A DNA stretch of 64,000 bases from the human T2T-CHM13v2.0 reference genome, Homo sapiens: NCBI GenBank assembly GCA_009914755.4, contig CP086569.2:8064001-8128000 (forward strand). The letters are read 5' to 3'. The translations under genes were made by a program, and so were the position numbers. Of this stretch, positions 20,829 through 35,800 are shown piece by piece; positions within the stretch are counted from its first letter, which is position 1, and each line of letters begins with the position of its first letter. The notes under the pieces were generated by a model that searched no databases, was not told the origin of the DNA, and saw nothing but the letters and a program-made list of their open reading frames with translations.

Positions 20829-23800
20829 CCCAGGCAGAATGTTAACATCACTTAGGTGGTGTATCACACAATATGTCACTATGCCCTCTTTAGGCAGGAC
20901 CTAGGATAAAGGGTCACATTAACTGGGGACTGGAACCAGCAATGTGATACAACCACACATGGAAGAAATCCAGCAAAGTGTTGAGAGCCAAAAGAGCTAC
21001 AGAAAGGGTCAAGGTTATGTGAAAATTCCTTCCATGGCTCTGGCACAGAAAAGAGAGTCACATCATTAGAGTGCTGGGCCAAGCAATCTGCTATAATTCT
21101 TTTCTTATTAATACCCTGGGCATAAGAGTGACATCCTCCACATGCTGGGCCCTGAAATATGGCAAAAGTCCTGTTTATGAGTGTTGTTCATCAACAAGAC
21201 GAGTCACGTTAGTTAAGTGCTAGGCTCACCAATCCGTCAAAATCTTCCCATTTTAAAGCCACATACAGAAGAAAGAGAGAAACGTTGCTTAGATCATAGG
21301 ATCAGAGATATGGCCCAATGTCACTTGTAGGCTGGGCCCAGGAAGAAAAAGAGAGTCATATCACCTAGGTGTTTCTTTAGGTAAATGTCACAATTTAATA
21401 TGTGGGCAGAAACCAGGCTAAAGATCCACATCAACTCATCCTGGGTCCTGAGATTTTCACAAGCCCCCCTTAGAAAAGTACCTATGCAAGAAAGTTACAT
21501 CATGTAGGTGCAGGTTCCACCCTTATGTGACAATGCTCCATGTATGCAGGCAAAGCAGGAAGTTAAATCACCTAGGTGACATGCCCAGAGATATTTCACA
21601 AAGCTTTCTTAAAGCATGGCCCTGGCAAAAAGTACCATCACCTTTTTGCCTGGCCTAGCAATATGCTACTATTCAAGTGCGCAGGTCCCAAGCAGAGGAA
21701 CCATATCACCTACATTATAGGCCCTGTGATATGTCAAAATGCCATCTTTTGGGCATGGCCCTGGAAAAAAACTATCATCACCTCTGTGTCTGGTCTAGGA
21801 ATATATCACTATCCTGCCCTGTGTGCAGGGCACATTCAAAAGAGGAGAGAATTTTCTTCAAAGCAATAGGCACAGAGATTATGTCACAATAATGTGACAT
21901 CACCTGGGTGTGGGTTCAGTGATATCACAATGTTACTGAGAGCAGGGCCCAGGTAGAAGAGTCACATCACTTCAAGGTTGGCTCAGGTAGATATCAAAAT
22001 TCCATATGTAGGCTGGAAACAGTCTGAAGAGTGAAATCGCACAGGTGGTCTGCAAAAATTGATGTCAGAGTAATGGTGGAATTAAATTCTAGGGATGAGA
22101 TATACAATACCACACATGTCCTGTTTTCACATAGGAGAATTGCCTTCATCCGTCTGTTATAATGAAAGTCCTTACTGTCAACTGGGTGTGCATATGAGAC
22201 TCACAATTTTCTCTGTGTGCTAGGAGCTGTTATCACACTCTTTATACAAACCAAGGGTGTGATAATATGTGTGGGTGTTGTCATGATATGTGACCTTCTT
22301 ACCAGAAGGTGATCCTGGACAACCGTCATGTCTCTAACATAGTTATAAGAGTCAAAATTTCTTCTACTGATTCAGTTCACATATTAGAGTCATTATCATG
22401 CCTGCTAGCTGTGCCTAGGTATACATCACTATCCCCTCTGTGGTTATTGAACAAGAAGGACAACCATATCACCTAAATCCTGAGCAAGAAATATTCCAAT
22501 ATTGTCTTTGAAGGCAAGACCCTAACAGAAAATTCACAAAACTTGGGTGCTAGGCAAAGCTGTATGGCAATATGGCCCTTGAAGAAGAAGTCCAGGCAGG
22601 AGAGGATAGTTATATAACCTAAATGATGGACCCAGACATATGTCACAATGATTCATGTTGAAAGCCCCAGGTCAGAGAGTCATGACATTTGGATGCAGTG
22701 CCTAGAAATGCTACAATATTCACTGGAAGCAGGGTTCAGGCAGGACAGAAGAGTCACATAACCTAGATGATGGGTACAGAGATATATTACCATCCCTTCT
22801 GAGGTCACTTTTAGACAGGACAATCCAATCACCAAGGTTCTTGACCAGGAATATGTCAAAATGTAATCAGTGGGCTATAAGTAGGCAGGGTTATTAAATC
22901 ACATAGGAGCTGGACAAAGGTATATGTCACAAAAACAACTGAGGAAAGATTCAGAAATGAGAGTCACCACCCTGCACATGTCCTGGCTCCAGGTACAAGA
23001 GTCATTATTAGGGCTTTTGTCTGGTCTCAGGTATATGGCACAATATCACATGTGGCAGGGAGAAGAAAGGAAAGTCACCTCATCTTTGTGGGTGCTGGTC
23101 CAGTGAAATGTCATAATCCTACTTGTGAGCAGGACTCTGGAAGAAGAGTCACATCACCTGGATGCTGGTTTCAGTGGTATATGTAAATCCCCCTCGTGGG
23201 AAAGTCTTCGGAAGAACAGTAGACAAACATCACCTTGGAAATTGGCATGAATATATGACACAATGGCTGCTATGTCAAGAACAAAGGCTGAATAGTCACC
23301 TAATCCTGGTGCTGGGTTCAGCAATACATCAGAATCTCTTTGGTGGTCATGGCCCAGGCAAGACAGAAGAAACTTTACCTAGGTGCTAAGCCATGGGATA
23401 TGTGAAAAACCTTCCTATTGGCAGAGGTACTAGGCCTAGTGATATGACACAATATCTTCATATCTTAGGGTGACACCTTTGACTGTCAGCTTGGTGTACA
23501 TATAAGTGTTGCAATGTCATGTGTGTCCCGTGTCATCATATGACACACTTTACAACATCCGAAGGCTTTATGCAATATGTATGAGAGTTGCAATCTACTC
23601 TGAGGCTGACATGCTCATATTAACTCATGATCTTACATATTGCTATAAACCCAGTTATGATAGTCCACATCGCTCTTATAGGCTGGGTTGAGACAGGAGA
23701 TCGGTTATTATGCCCTTCATCTGGGTCCAGAAATGAGTCACCATCTCACCTGCAATAAGATACACATATGAAAGTCACTATTCCATCTTTTTACTTTATT

Positions 23801-26800
23801 TGCATTTTAAGCTCAGGACTTCAAAAATGGGCTTTGTAAATGTGAGATGGTGACAACATTTGCTCTCACCTGCAAGAGTAATCAAAAGTCACGATTGTAA
23901 CCATTTGCTGGGCCCTTTTATAAAGCTCTGTGTACCACCCAAAGATTTTATACAATATGAGTTAGTGTTTTAAACTTCTGTTAGCTGTGCTCAAATTTGC
24001 AACTCATAACTTTACATATTACCAAAAGTGTAGTGATGAGAGGCAAAATATCTGCTATTTGTGGAATTCCAACTTCCAATTGATAATCATACCTCTGAAT
24101 TGAAGCAATGTAAATTTCATAATCCCATTTGTTAAAAAAAATAGCAGGAGGTTAACACAACTTACATTCTGTGCCAAGCAATATGTCACAATGCCTTCCC
24201 AACACAGGGTCTGGAATGCTGGTTACGATAACTGGGTGCTGAACCCAGCAATATGACACAATCCCAAACATGGATAAAACACCCCAGACAAGTGAAGAGC
24301 GCCAAATCACCTAAATAATAGGCCCAAGATATGTAAAAATACTTTCTGTTGCTCTGGAAGAGGCAGGAGAGTTACATCATCAGGGTGTGGGTCCCAGCAA
24401 TATCCCATAATTCTATCTTTATGCAGGACCGTGTCAGAAATGGAAAATCATCGTAGTGCTGGGCCCAGCAATACATCAAAATTCCTTTTTATGGCCATGG
24501 TTCTGGAAAAAAAAAAGGAGTCATATTACCTAATTATTGTGCTTAGCAATATGTCACATCAACCCATAAAAAAAAGACAGAAGTAAAAAAGACATTACTT
24601 AAGACACAGGCTCAGATATATGATCCAATGTCCCAAGTAGTTAAGACTCAGGTATAAGAGAACAGTCATATTATGCAGGTGCTTCCCTAGGTTTATAACA
24701 TAATCTAACACATTAGGTGAAGCCAGGCAGAAGAGTCACATCACCTTGATACTTGGTCTGGTGATATGTCACAAGGCTCCCTTTAAGACAGGACTCTGGC
24801 TAGAGAGTTACAACAAATGAGTGCAGGTTCTACCCTTATGTTACAATGTTCTATGTGGTCAGGGCCCAAGCAGGGAGTCACATCATCTGGCTGATAAGTG
24901 CAGAGATATGTCACAATGTTCTCCTGGAATTATGGCCCTAGTGAAAGAGCACCATCACCTTTGTGACTAGCCAAGCAATACGTCACTATTCAGGTAAGCA
25001 GGACCCAAACGGGAGAGCCAAGACACCTAGTTGATAGGCCCAGAGGCTTGTCAAATGTCCTCTTTAGGACAGGGCCCTAGAAAAAGGGTACTGTTACCTC
25101 TTTGCCTGACCCAGCCATATGTTGCTATCCCCCACTGTGTGCAGGGCCCATTTTAATGAGTAGAGTGGTTGACTCAGTGATATGTCCCAGGGATTTCTGT
25201 GCACATGACTCAAGCAAAAATGTGACATGACTTGAGTGCTGGATCTAGTAATATGTCACAATTCTTACTGAGAGCAGAGCCCAGGCAAAAGCATCACATC
25301 ACCTAACGGTTGGCCCAGGTAGGTATCACAATAACTTTGTGGGCTGAAACAATCTTGAAGAGTCAAATCACACAGGTCCTTAGCCAGCAAAGATTTATAT
25401 CACAGACACACTGGCAGAAAATTATCAGGATGAGATTTAAAATATCACACATGTTCTATTTTCATGAATGACATTTCTCTTCATATATGTGAGATGGTGA
25501 CTCCATACTGTCAGCTGGGAGTGCATATAAGACTCACAGTTTCACCTTTCTACTGGGTTCTGTTATTACATTCTCTGTACAGGCCAAGGGCTTTATAAAA
25601 TATCCAAGGCTGTTAAAATCATCTTTTCACAAGAAAGTCATTTATTCACTCCTGTTTCTGAAGCAGGTTATAAAACTTAAAATTACACCAATTTCTGGGG
25701 TCCACATAGGAGAGTCATAATCATGCCTGTGAGTTGTGCCTAGATATACGTAACAATTTACTCTGTGGTAATGAAATAGCCATAACAGCAAAGTACCCCC
25801 CCAAAGGCTGAGCAAGAAGTGTTCCAATATTCTCCTTGTTGGTAAGTTTCTGTCAGCATAGTTTGATAACATGGGGGTTACAACCAGATGTATGGCACAA
25901 TGTGCCTTGTGGGCAGTGTCCAGACAGAAGAAGAGACTCCTATCACTGAAATGCTAGGCCTAGAGGTATGTCACAATGTCGCATGTCGAAAGGACCAGGC
26001 AAGAGATTCAGATCACTTGGATGCAGTGCCTAGAAATGGTACTATCCCCAGTGAAGCAGGGTCCAGCAAGAAGAGGAGAGTTGGATAACTAGATGATGGG
26101 TCCAAAGCCATGTCACAATCCTTCCTGGGGATGTTGTAAAAACAGGAGAATCAAGTCACCAAGGCACTCAGCCAAGGTATATATCAAAATCTAATTTGTG
26201 GGTTACACCTAGGCAGCATTAGTAGGTCACTCAAGAAATGGGAAATGGTATATGCCACAATGACACAAGTGGAAAGTTCCAACAATAGGAGTCACCTTCT
26301 TGCATATGACCTGGCTTAAGGTTTAAGAGTCATGATTAGTCCTCTTATTTGGTCTCAAGTATGTGGCATGATATTATCTATGGGCAGAGAGCAAATAGAA
26401 ATATCACATTATCTGGGTGGGTGCTGGTCCAGTGAGATGTCACAATCTTTCTTGTGTCCAGGACCATAGAAGAAGAGTCACATTACCTGGATGCTAGTTT
26501 TAGTGAGATATCAAAATTCCTTTTGTGGACAGCCCTTAAGAAGTTGATGAGACTCATTTTACCTAGGCAATAGGCCTAGATATATGTCACAATGGCCACT
26601 ATTTGCAAAACCAAGGTATGAAAGTGACCTCACTTTGGCTCTTGGTTTAGTAATATGTCACAATCTCCCCTCCTGTCAGGGTGAGACAAGAGAGGAGAAA
26701 CATGACATATGTGCTAAACCAAGTGATATTTTACAAAGCTTCCCATTGGTGGAACCCAAAATGGAGAGTCACATCACCTGGGTGCAGTACCCAGTTATGT

Positions 26801-29800
26801 ATCACAATGCACCATAAGTGCAGGGCAAATGAAGTAGAAGTCACATCGCTTACATGATAGACCTAGATATAAGCTACAATGCCTTTTATAGGCAGAGATA
26901 AGGCAAATAATTTACCTCGGCTGGGTGCTGGTCCCAGTGATATGTAAAAGTCCAATTTGTAGGCAGGTCCAGGCACCTTTGCTTAGGTTTATGTTCCATG
27001 TATGTCACAATTTCATCCATCATCATGGTTTAAATAATGAGAGTCAATTATTCAGGAGTGGGGCTAACTTTTATGTCCTAATCACACAACAGGAAATATT
27101 CAGAAATGTTTTTCATAGTCCCACACAAGTCTTGGCTTTGTATATGGGAGTCAACACCTCCTGTGATTTGGGTCAAAACAGAGGAGTCACAATCTGAACA
27201 ATGCACAAGATCCATGTATAAGATGCCAATTCCACTTGAAGATTGTGTTCCAGGAAGAGAGTCACAGCTTCACAGGTCTGCTGATTCATGCATCACCAAA
27301 GAACCCATTGGTCAGATTCGTGTATGAAAGAAAAAAATTCAAATTTTGACTGCTTTTTTTTTTAGTGAGATTTAGCACCTTATTTGTAGGCCCTATGCTT
27401 TGAGAGAATGACAATCACGTCAGCTGGGTGTGCATCCAAGAGTGAAAATAACATTTGGTTGCTGTTCTCTGTTATAACATTCTTTGTACCACTCACACTT
27501 TACATGATATGCTTGAGTGTCATAATCCTCTGTGAAATGTATACAATTAGGAGACCGATTACTTTACTTATGGCCATAAGGCTGCTATGAGAATCAAAAT
27601 ATCTCTCCTTTCTGGGTCTAGGTATGGTAGTTATATTTCTTCATGGTAGCTCAACCCAGGTATGTGTGCCAATTTCAACTGTGGGAAGAAACATGGTAGG
27701 AGAGTCTCACAACATGGATGCCTAGCTCAGGATACATTATAATCTCCTTTGCAAGCCATGCCAAGTCAGAAGACTCACGTCACCTGGGTACAGCCTCAAG
27801 TAATATGGTCTCGTGTCCGCTGTAGACAGGATTGAAGAAAAATAGGATAATCACACCACCTAGGTGCTGGGATTAGCAATATGTAATAATTGCTTGTTTT
27901 GGCCAGCTCCAGAATACAGAGAATAGTTGCATGCAATTGTATGTCACAATTTCTTTAATAGGTAAGACCTAGGCAGGAGAGAAGAGTCACATTTCCTAAA
28001 TGTTACCCCTGGAGGATGTCACAATGTTCCTTGGGGGCAAAGCAGAGGCAAAATAGAAAAATCAACTAGCAGATGGGTTCAGAGATATGTATTATCCATA
28101 CTTGGCAGGACCCCAGCAGAAAAGTCACATTATTATGATTCTGCCCCAATGATATGTCACAATGCACACAAGGGAAACAATTTAAACAAAAGTTTTAACA
28201 ACTGGGTACTAGGCTCAGTGATTAGACAAAATCTCCTCATATTTTAGGGTGACACCTTCAACAGTTATCTTGGTGTGTATATGAGTCACATTGTCAAGTG
28301 TGTGCTGCATCATTGTATGACACCCTCTACAACATCTGAGGGCTTTATACAGCAAGCATGAAAGTTGCAAACTACTCTGAGGCCCACATGCTCACATGGA
28401 CTCTCGATCTTATATATTGCCTTAAACTTGGGTGTGATAGTCAACATCTCTCATTTAGGCTGAGTTCAGGAGTGAGACTTATTTTTATGCCTCTGAATTG
28501 GCTCTAAAAATGAGACGCAATCACCCCTGTGGCCAGATCCACAAATTATAGTCACAATTCCAACTTTGAACTGTTTTTACTTGTTGGACTCAATACCTCA
28601 ACAATGGGCTTTGTAAATGTGGGATGGTGATAACCTTTACTTTCACCTGGGAGCTTAATTGAGAGTCACAATCCTAACTTTTTTTCTAGGCCTTGTTATG
28701 AATCTCTCTGTACCACCAAAGGAGTTTATACAATATTAATTAGTGTTGTAAATTTCTCTGAGTTTTGTACAAATATGCAAACCAGGATTTTACCTATTGC
28801 CCTAAGTCTAGTGATGAGAGGCAAAATATCTTCTATTGGTTGAATCCCAATATAAGTTTGAACATCATGCCTGTGAAGTGAAGCAAAGTATATGTCATAA
28901 TCTTATTTGTGGACAAAAAGGAAAAAGAATAACATCACTTTGGTTATGTGGTGAGCAACTTGTCACCATGCCTTCTCTAAGAAGGATATAGGAAGGAGGG
29001 TCCTATTATCTGGGAGCTGGACACAACAATATTACACAGTACTTCTTGTGAGAAAGATTAGCCAAAGGATGAAAGGTAAAACACCCTCAGAATAAGAAGA
29101 CATGTCAAAATTCTCTCTGTAGCTCTGGCACCAGAAGGACAGTAGCATCATCAGGGCGCTAGTCCCACCACTATGAAAAAATTGCCTCTTTATTCAGAAA
29201 TGCAGCAGAAGAGTAATATGAACTGAGTACAATAGATCAAAATTGCTCTTTGTGTGCATGGTTCAGAATAAAGAGTAGAGTCACATGACCTAAATGCTGG
29301 TCTCAGAAATATGTCCACAATCTCATCACTTTGAAGGGTGAAGCAGGGGAGGAGAATAATATCACTTAGGTCAGAGGCTCAGAGATAGATCCAAATGTCC
29401 TCAGTAGGCAGAACTCAGAAAGAAAAGGACAGTAGTATTTCCTATGTGCTTCTTTATGTATAAGTCAGAATCTAACACATGGGCAGAAACCTGGCAGAAG
29501 AGCCACTAAATTACCTGGGTTCTGGGTCCTTAGATATGTCACAAATCCCCCTTAGAATAGAAACAAGGTGAAACAGTTACATTGCCTTGGTGCCGGTTTC
29601 ACTTTCATGTCACAATGTTCTCTGTGGTTGAGGCCAAAATATTGAGTCATATCAACTAGGTGATAGAGCCAGATATATGTCACAATGTCCTCTATGAAGC
29701 ATAGCCCTGGGTAAAGAGTACCATCACCTGTGTGCCTCGCCTAGAAATATGTCACTCTCCAGGTTGGCAGGGACCAAGTAGATGAGCCGCATAACCCAGG

Positions 29801-32800
29801 AGAGAGTACCAGAGATATGTCACCAAGTAGAAGAGCCGCATAACCTAGGTGAGAGTACCAGAGATATGTCACAATGTCCTCTTTAGGGGATAGTTCTGGC
29901 AAAAAGTACCATCACCTGTGTGTCTGGCTTTGCAAAGTTACTATCCTTCCTTTGTGCAAGGCCTATCCAGAGAAGAGAGTTACATCACCCATGTGGTGGA
30001 CACAAAAATATGTCACAATAATTTTTGTGGGTGTGGCTCAAGCAAGATTGTAGAATCACGTGGATGCTAGATCCAGTGATATATCAAAACACTTACTGAA
30101 AGAAGGGCCCAGGCAGTAGAGTCACATCACCTTGAGGTTGGCCTAGGTAGGTATCACAATCCCAGATGTTGGCCTGAAGAAGTCTAGAGAGTCAAATTAA
30201 TACAGATGCCTGGCAAATAATTATATCACTATCTCACTGTCAGAAAATTCCAAAGATAAAGTTGGCAATAACACACAAGTCCTGTTTTCCTGTGTGACAG
30301 TTGACTTCATTCATGTGAGATAATGACAGTTCTTACTGTCAGGTGCATGTGCATAGAAGATTCAAACTCTCACCATGTGTTGAGCCCTGCTTTTACTCTG
30401 TCTCTATAACCCAAAGACTTTGTAAAACATATTTGAGCATTGTAATCTTTTGTGATGTTTGTATACGAAAGTTATCCAGGACATCACCCATGTCACTAAA
30501 TTGAGTTATAACAGTCAAAATATGCTCTATTTGCTGAGTCTACATATGACAGTCATTATCATTCCTGTGAGCTTTGCCTAGGTATATGTTAAAATTCCCT
30601 CTGTAGTTATGGGGCAGGCAGAACAGCAATGTCGCTGAAATGTTGGGCCAGAAATATTCCAGTATTCTCTTTGCACGAAGTCTCCTGTCTGAAATACCAC
30701 ATACCTTGTGTGCTAAATCCAGCACAGATTCCATTGTGGTCAGTGTCTAGACATGAGAGGAGAGTCATATCACCTAAAATCTGAACCCAAAAATGTCGAA
30801 ATCCCTCCTGTTGAGAGGGTCCAGAAAAGAGTGTCATGTCATTTGGATGCAATGTTTAGAAATGCTACAATTACTAAAGGAAGGTGGGTACAGGCCAAAG
30901 AGGAGAGTCATGTACCCTAAATAATAGCTTCAAAAATATGTATGTGACTATTACCCTGAAAACATCATCAAGGTAGCACAGTCAAATCACCAAGCTGCTT
31001 GACCCAGGTATTTGTCAAAATCTCATTTGTGGGCTATACCTAGGCAGAATTATTAAATTTCTCAGGTATTGGACAACGATGTATATACAATTACACTTGT
31101 GGAAAGGTTTAAAAATAAGAATCACCATCCTATACATGTCCTGTATCTAGACATAAGAGTTGTTATATGGCAGAATATCTCCTGTTGTCAGAGAGAAGGC
31201 AAAAAAGTCACATCATCTACGTGGGTGCAAGTCCAGTGAGATATGACAATCCACCTGGTGGGCAAGACCCTGGGAGAAGAGTCAGATCACCTGGAAGCTC
31301 CTTTCAGTGACATATGAAAAACTGCTTGGTGAGGGTTTTAGACTCAGAACTTCAACAGCGGCCTTTGTAAACATGGGATGGTGGCAACTTCTAATTTCAC
31401 CTGGGTGTGTAATAGAGAGTCCCAATCTGAACTGTTTGCTGGTCAACATTATGAAAATTTCTACCACAAAAGAGTTTATTCAGTACAATTTAGTGGTGTA
31501 AACTTCTATGAGCTTGGTACAAACATGCAACCCATGACCTTACCTATTGCCACAAGCCTAACAATGAAAGGCAAAATATTGTCTATTGGCTGAATCCCAA
31601 TATAAGTTTGATCATCATGACTGTGAACTGAATCAGGGTATATATTATAGTTACATATGTATGCAAAACACTAGGTAGGAGTGTAACATCATTTTGATGC
31701 TGTGCCAGAAAATATGTCACAATGCCTTCTCTGGGCAGGGTACAGAAAATTGATTCATATTAACTGCATGCTACAATATGATACAATCCCACACATGGGA
31801 AAAACCCAGTCAAGTTATGAGAGCCAAAATATATGTATAATATGCCTAATATACTCAACATACCTTGAGTAGCTCCAGCACAAGCAGGAAACTCACATAA
31901 GGGTGCTGGGACCAGCAATATGCAATGTATAAAATTAGCTGTTTATGCAGATTCCAGGTAGATAATTAACATCATCTGGGTGCTGGGCAATGCAATAAGT
32001 CAAAATTTCTTTATTGTGGGCATGGTTTGGGTAAAAGGGGAGAGTCACATATCCTAAGTGCTGGGCTCAACAATATGCCAAAATCCTCCTATTGTGGATA
32101 CCCAGGCAGGAAGGGAGAGTCACATCACTTAGGTCATGGGCTCAGAGATATGTCCCAACGTCCCAAGTAGGCAGGGTTCAGGTAGAAGAGGAGAGGCATA
32201 TCATGTATGTGCTTCCCTAGGAATATGTCACAATGTAACATGTGGGCAAAAACCAGGCAGAAGAGCCACATCATTTGGGTGCTTGATCCCTAGATATGTC
32301 AAAGGTGCTCTTAATGCAGCACCCAGCCAAGAGAGAAACATCATACTAGGTACAGATTCTCTGATTATGCCACAATGCTCTATTTGTGTAGGGTTCAAGG
32401 AGGGAGTCGCTTAACTGAGATTATAGGCCCAGAGATATATCACAATGTCCACTATGAAGTAGATCTCTGGCAAAAGAATGCTATAACCTATGTGCCTGGC
32501 CTAGAAATATGTCACTCTCAAGGTTGGAAGGGCCTAAGCAGCAGAGCAATATAACCTAGGTGATAGGCCCAGAGATATGTCATAATGCCCTCTTTTGGGG
32601 ATCCTCTGGCAAAGGAATACCCTTGCCTGTGTGACTTTTCTTGCAATATGTCACTATCCTTCTTTCGTAATATTCTCATTTCAGAGAGAAGACTTACATC
32701 AGCTGTGAGGTGGGTGCAGAAACATGTCACAATAATTTTGGCGGGCCTGGCACAGAAAAGTATGTAACATCACCAGGGTGCTAGATCCAGTGATATGTCA

Positions 32801-35800
32801 CAATCTTTACTGAAAGATATGATCAGGCAGAAGAGTCATATCACCTTGACGTTGGCCTTGGTAGGTATCATAATCCCATATGTGGGCTGGAACAAGTCTG
32901 GTGAGTCAAATTACACAGGTGATTGGCAAAGATTTATATCACAATCACACAGCCAGAGCATTTCAAAGATAAGATTTATGATACCACACATGTCCTGTTT
33001 TCATGTGTGACAGTTGCCTTCATTCATGTGAGATTGTAACAGTCCTTACTTTCAGTGTGGTGTGCATACAAGACTCACAATTTTGCCTGGGTGCTGAGCC
33101 CTGCTTTGACTCAGTCTACATAGTCCAAAGACTTTCTAAAATATACGTGAATGTTGTAATCCTTTGTGACCTTTGCACAAGAAGGAGATGCAGGACATGT
33201 CCCTAAACTTAACAATAGGGGTCAAAATATTCCCTATTTTCTAAGTCCACATATGAGAGTCATTATCATGCCCGTGAGCCATGTCTAGGTATATGTTAGA
33301 ATTCCATCTGTGGTTCTGAAGTAGGCAGAACAGCCACATCACCTAAATGCTGAGCTAGAAGCTAGAAGTATTTTGATTTTTTTTTTGTAGGCAGGGTCTT
33401 ATCAGAAATCTCACAAAACTTGTGTGCTAAATTCAGCTTTGTGGAACAATGTGCTTTGTGGCACAATGTCCTTTGTGGGCAGTGTCCAGGAAGGACAGGA
33501 GAGTAATATCACCTAAATGATGGCCTGAAAATATGTGAAAATACCAACTGCTGATAGCACCTAGGAAAGGAGTGATATCATTTGGATGTAGTGTTTAGAA
33601 AAGCTAGAATTACCAAAGGAAGCAGGGTACAGGCAAAAGAGGAGAGTAATGTAACCTAGATGAAGAGTCCAGGAATATGTTACAATCTCCCCTGAGGACA
33701 TTTTTAAGACACCTCAGTCAAACCACCAAGGTGCTTGGCCAATGTATCTGTCAAAAACTCATTTATGAGGTATACTTAGGCAGAACTATTAAATCACTCA
33801 GTAGTTGGGCAAAGGTATATGTCACAATTACCCTTGTGGAAAGGCTTAAGACTAAGAGCCACCATCTTGCGCAAATCCTAGGCTCCAGGCATGTGAGTTG
33901 TTATTAGGCTTCTGTTATAATCTCTGGTATGTGGCATTATATCACTTGTGGCAAGAGGAAAGAAAAAAAAAGAAAGAAAGAAATTCCCACCACCTATGAG
34001 GGTGCAGTTCCAGTGAGATGTTACAATCCACCTTGTGGGAAGGACCCTGGTGGAAGAGTCACATCACCTGGATACTAATTTCAGTGACATATCAAAACCC
34101 CCTCTCTGGGCAGGATTTTGGTAAGAGAGGAGCCTCACTTCACCAAGGCAATTGACCTAGATATATGTCACAATATTTTTTCCGTGCAGTAACAGAGCCG
34201 GAGAGTGGCATCACACTGTTGCTGAGTGTAGCTTTATTTCATAATCACCCTGTGGTCAAGGTACAGGCAAAAGCCAAGAAACATCACCTAGGTGCTGAGC
34301 CAAGTGATATGTTACCATGCTTCCTGTTGTCAGAACCCATAAAGTAGAATCACATCACCTTGGTTCAGTACATAGTTGTGTGTCACAATGCACTGTAAGT
34401 GAAGGGTCAAAGCAGTAGCAGGGAGCCATAATACTTACGTGATAGACCTAGATATAACACAGAATTCTTTTTGTAGGCAGATTTAATGCAGATAACTCAC
34501 ATCACCTGGGTGATGGTTCCAGTGATATATAGAAGTTCCCATTGTAAGCAGAGCCATGAAAGAGGTGATCTATTTCTTAGTTGCTTGTTCCACAGATGGC
34601 ACAATTTCTTCTGTGGTCTGGGCCTAGAAAAGAGAGTCAAATTGCTGATGCACTGGGCAAAGTTACCTTGTCCCAATCACACTCTCAGAAAGGTTCAGAA
34701 ATAAGTTTCACATCACACACAAGTCCTGGTTTTGTTTATGTGAGTCAACTCTTTCTATGAGTTGGGTTGAAGTAAAGAAGTCACAATCTCAACATTGAGG
34801 CAGATCCATGTATAAGATCCCCAATCCCACTTGAAGACTGTGTTCCAGTAGGAGAGTCAGAGCACAACAGTGTGCTGAATCATGGTTCAAATGTTACAAA
34901 ACCATCTGTGAATCAGATTCCTGAATGAGAGTAATTATTTCAACCTTCGACTGCTTTTTATCCGTGAGATTTAGTACCTCATTCCTAGGCCCTGTTCTGT
35001 GTGAGAATGACAATCATGTCAGCTAGGTGTGCATACAAGGGTCTCATTCGTGCCTCGTTGTTGTTCTTGCTTATGATCCTCTTTGTAACATTAAGACTTT
35101 ATATGATGTACCTGAGTGTTATAATCCTTTGTGAACTTTATAACATTGAAAAACCCAGGACTTTACCCAATGGCTGTGAGACTGGTTCTGAGAGCCAAAG
35201 TATCTCTACTGTCTAAGTCCAGGTATGAGAGTTATTATTATGCATCTGTGCTTAACCAAGCTACATGTTACAATTTCACCTGAGAGCAGGGAAAAGGCAG
35301 GAGAGTCTCATCACCTGGGTGCTGAGCCAGTGATACAGCATAATCTCATTCATAGGCTAGACCTATTCAGAAGAGTCACGTCACCTGGGTATAGCATCAA
35401 ATAATATGTCACCAACCCCACTATAGACAAGGGAGAAGAAAAAGATGAGTCACTCCCCATGGATGCTGTGCTGTGCAATATGTAATAATCCCCTTGCTGG
35501 CAAGCATCTAGAATATGAAGGAGAGTCCCTTCACCTAGGTTTTGCAGTCAGTGGAATGTCAGAACTTTTTTGGTAAGCAGGACCCTGTCAGGAGAGGAGA
35601 TCACATAATCTAGATGTTAAGCCAATCAATATTTCACGGTCTTCTGATGGCAGTGCACAGGCAGGGGCCACAAATTACCTAGCTTACAGGTCCAGAGATA
35701 TGGGATAATTTCCCCTGTTGGCAGGTCCCAGGCAGAACAGTCACATTATTATAATTCTAAACCAGCGGCATATCACAAGACACCCATGTGAAAAAAATTT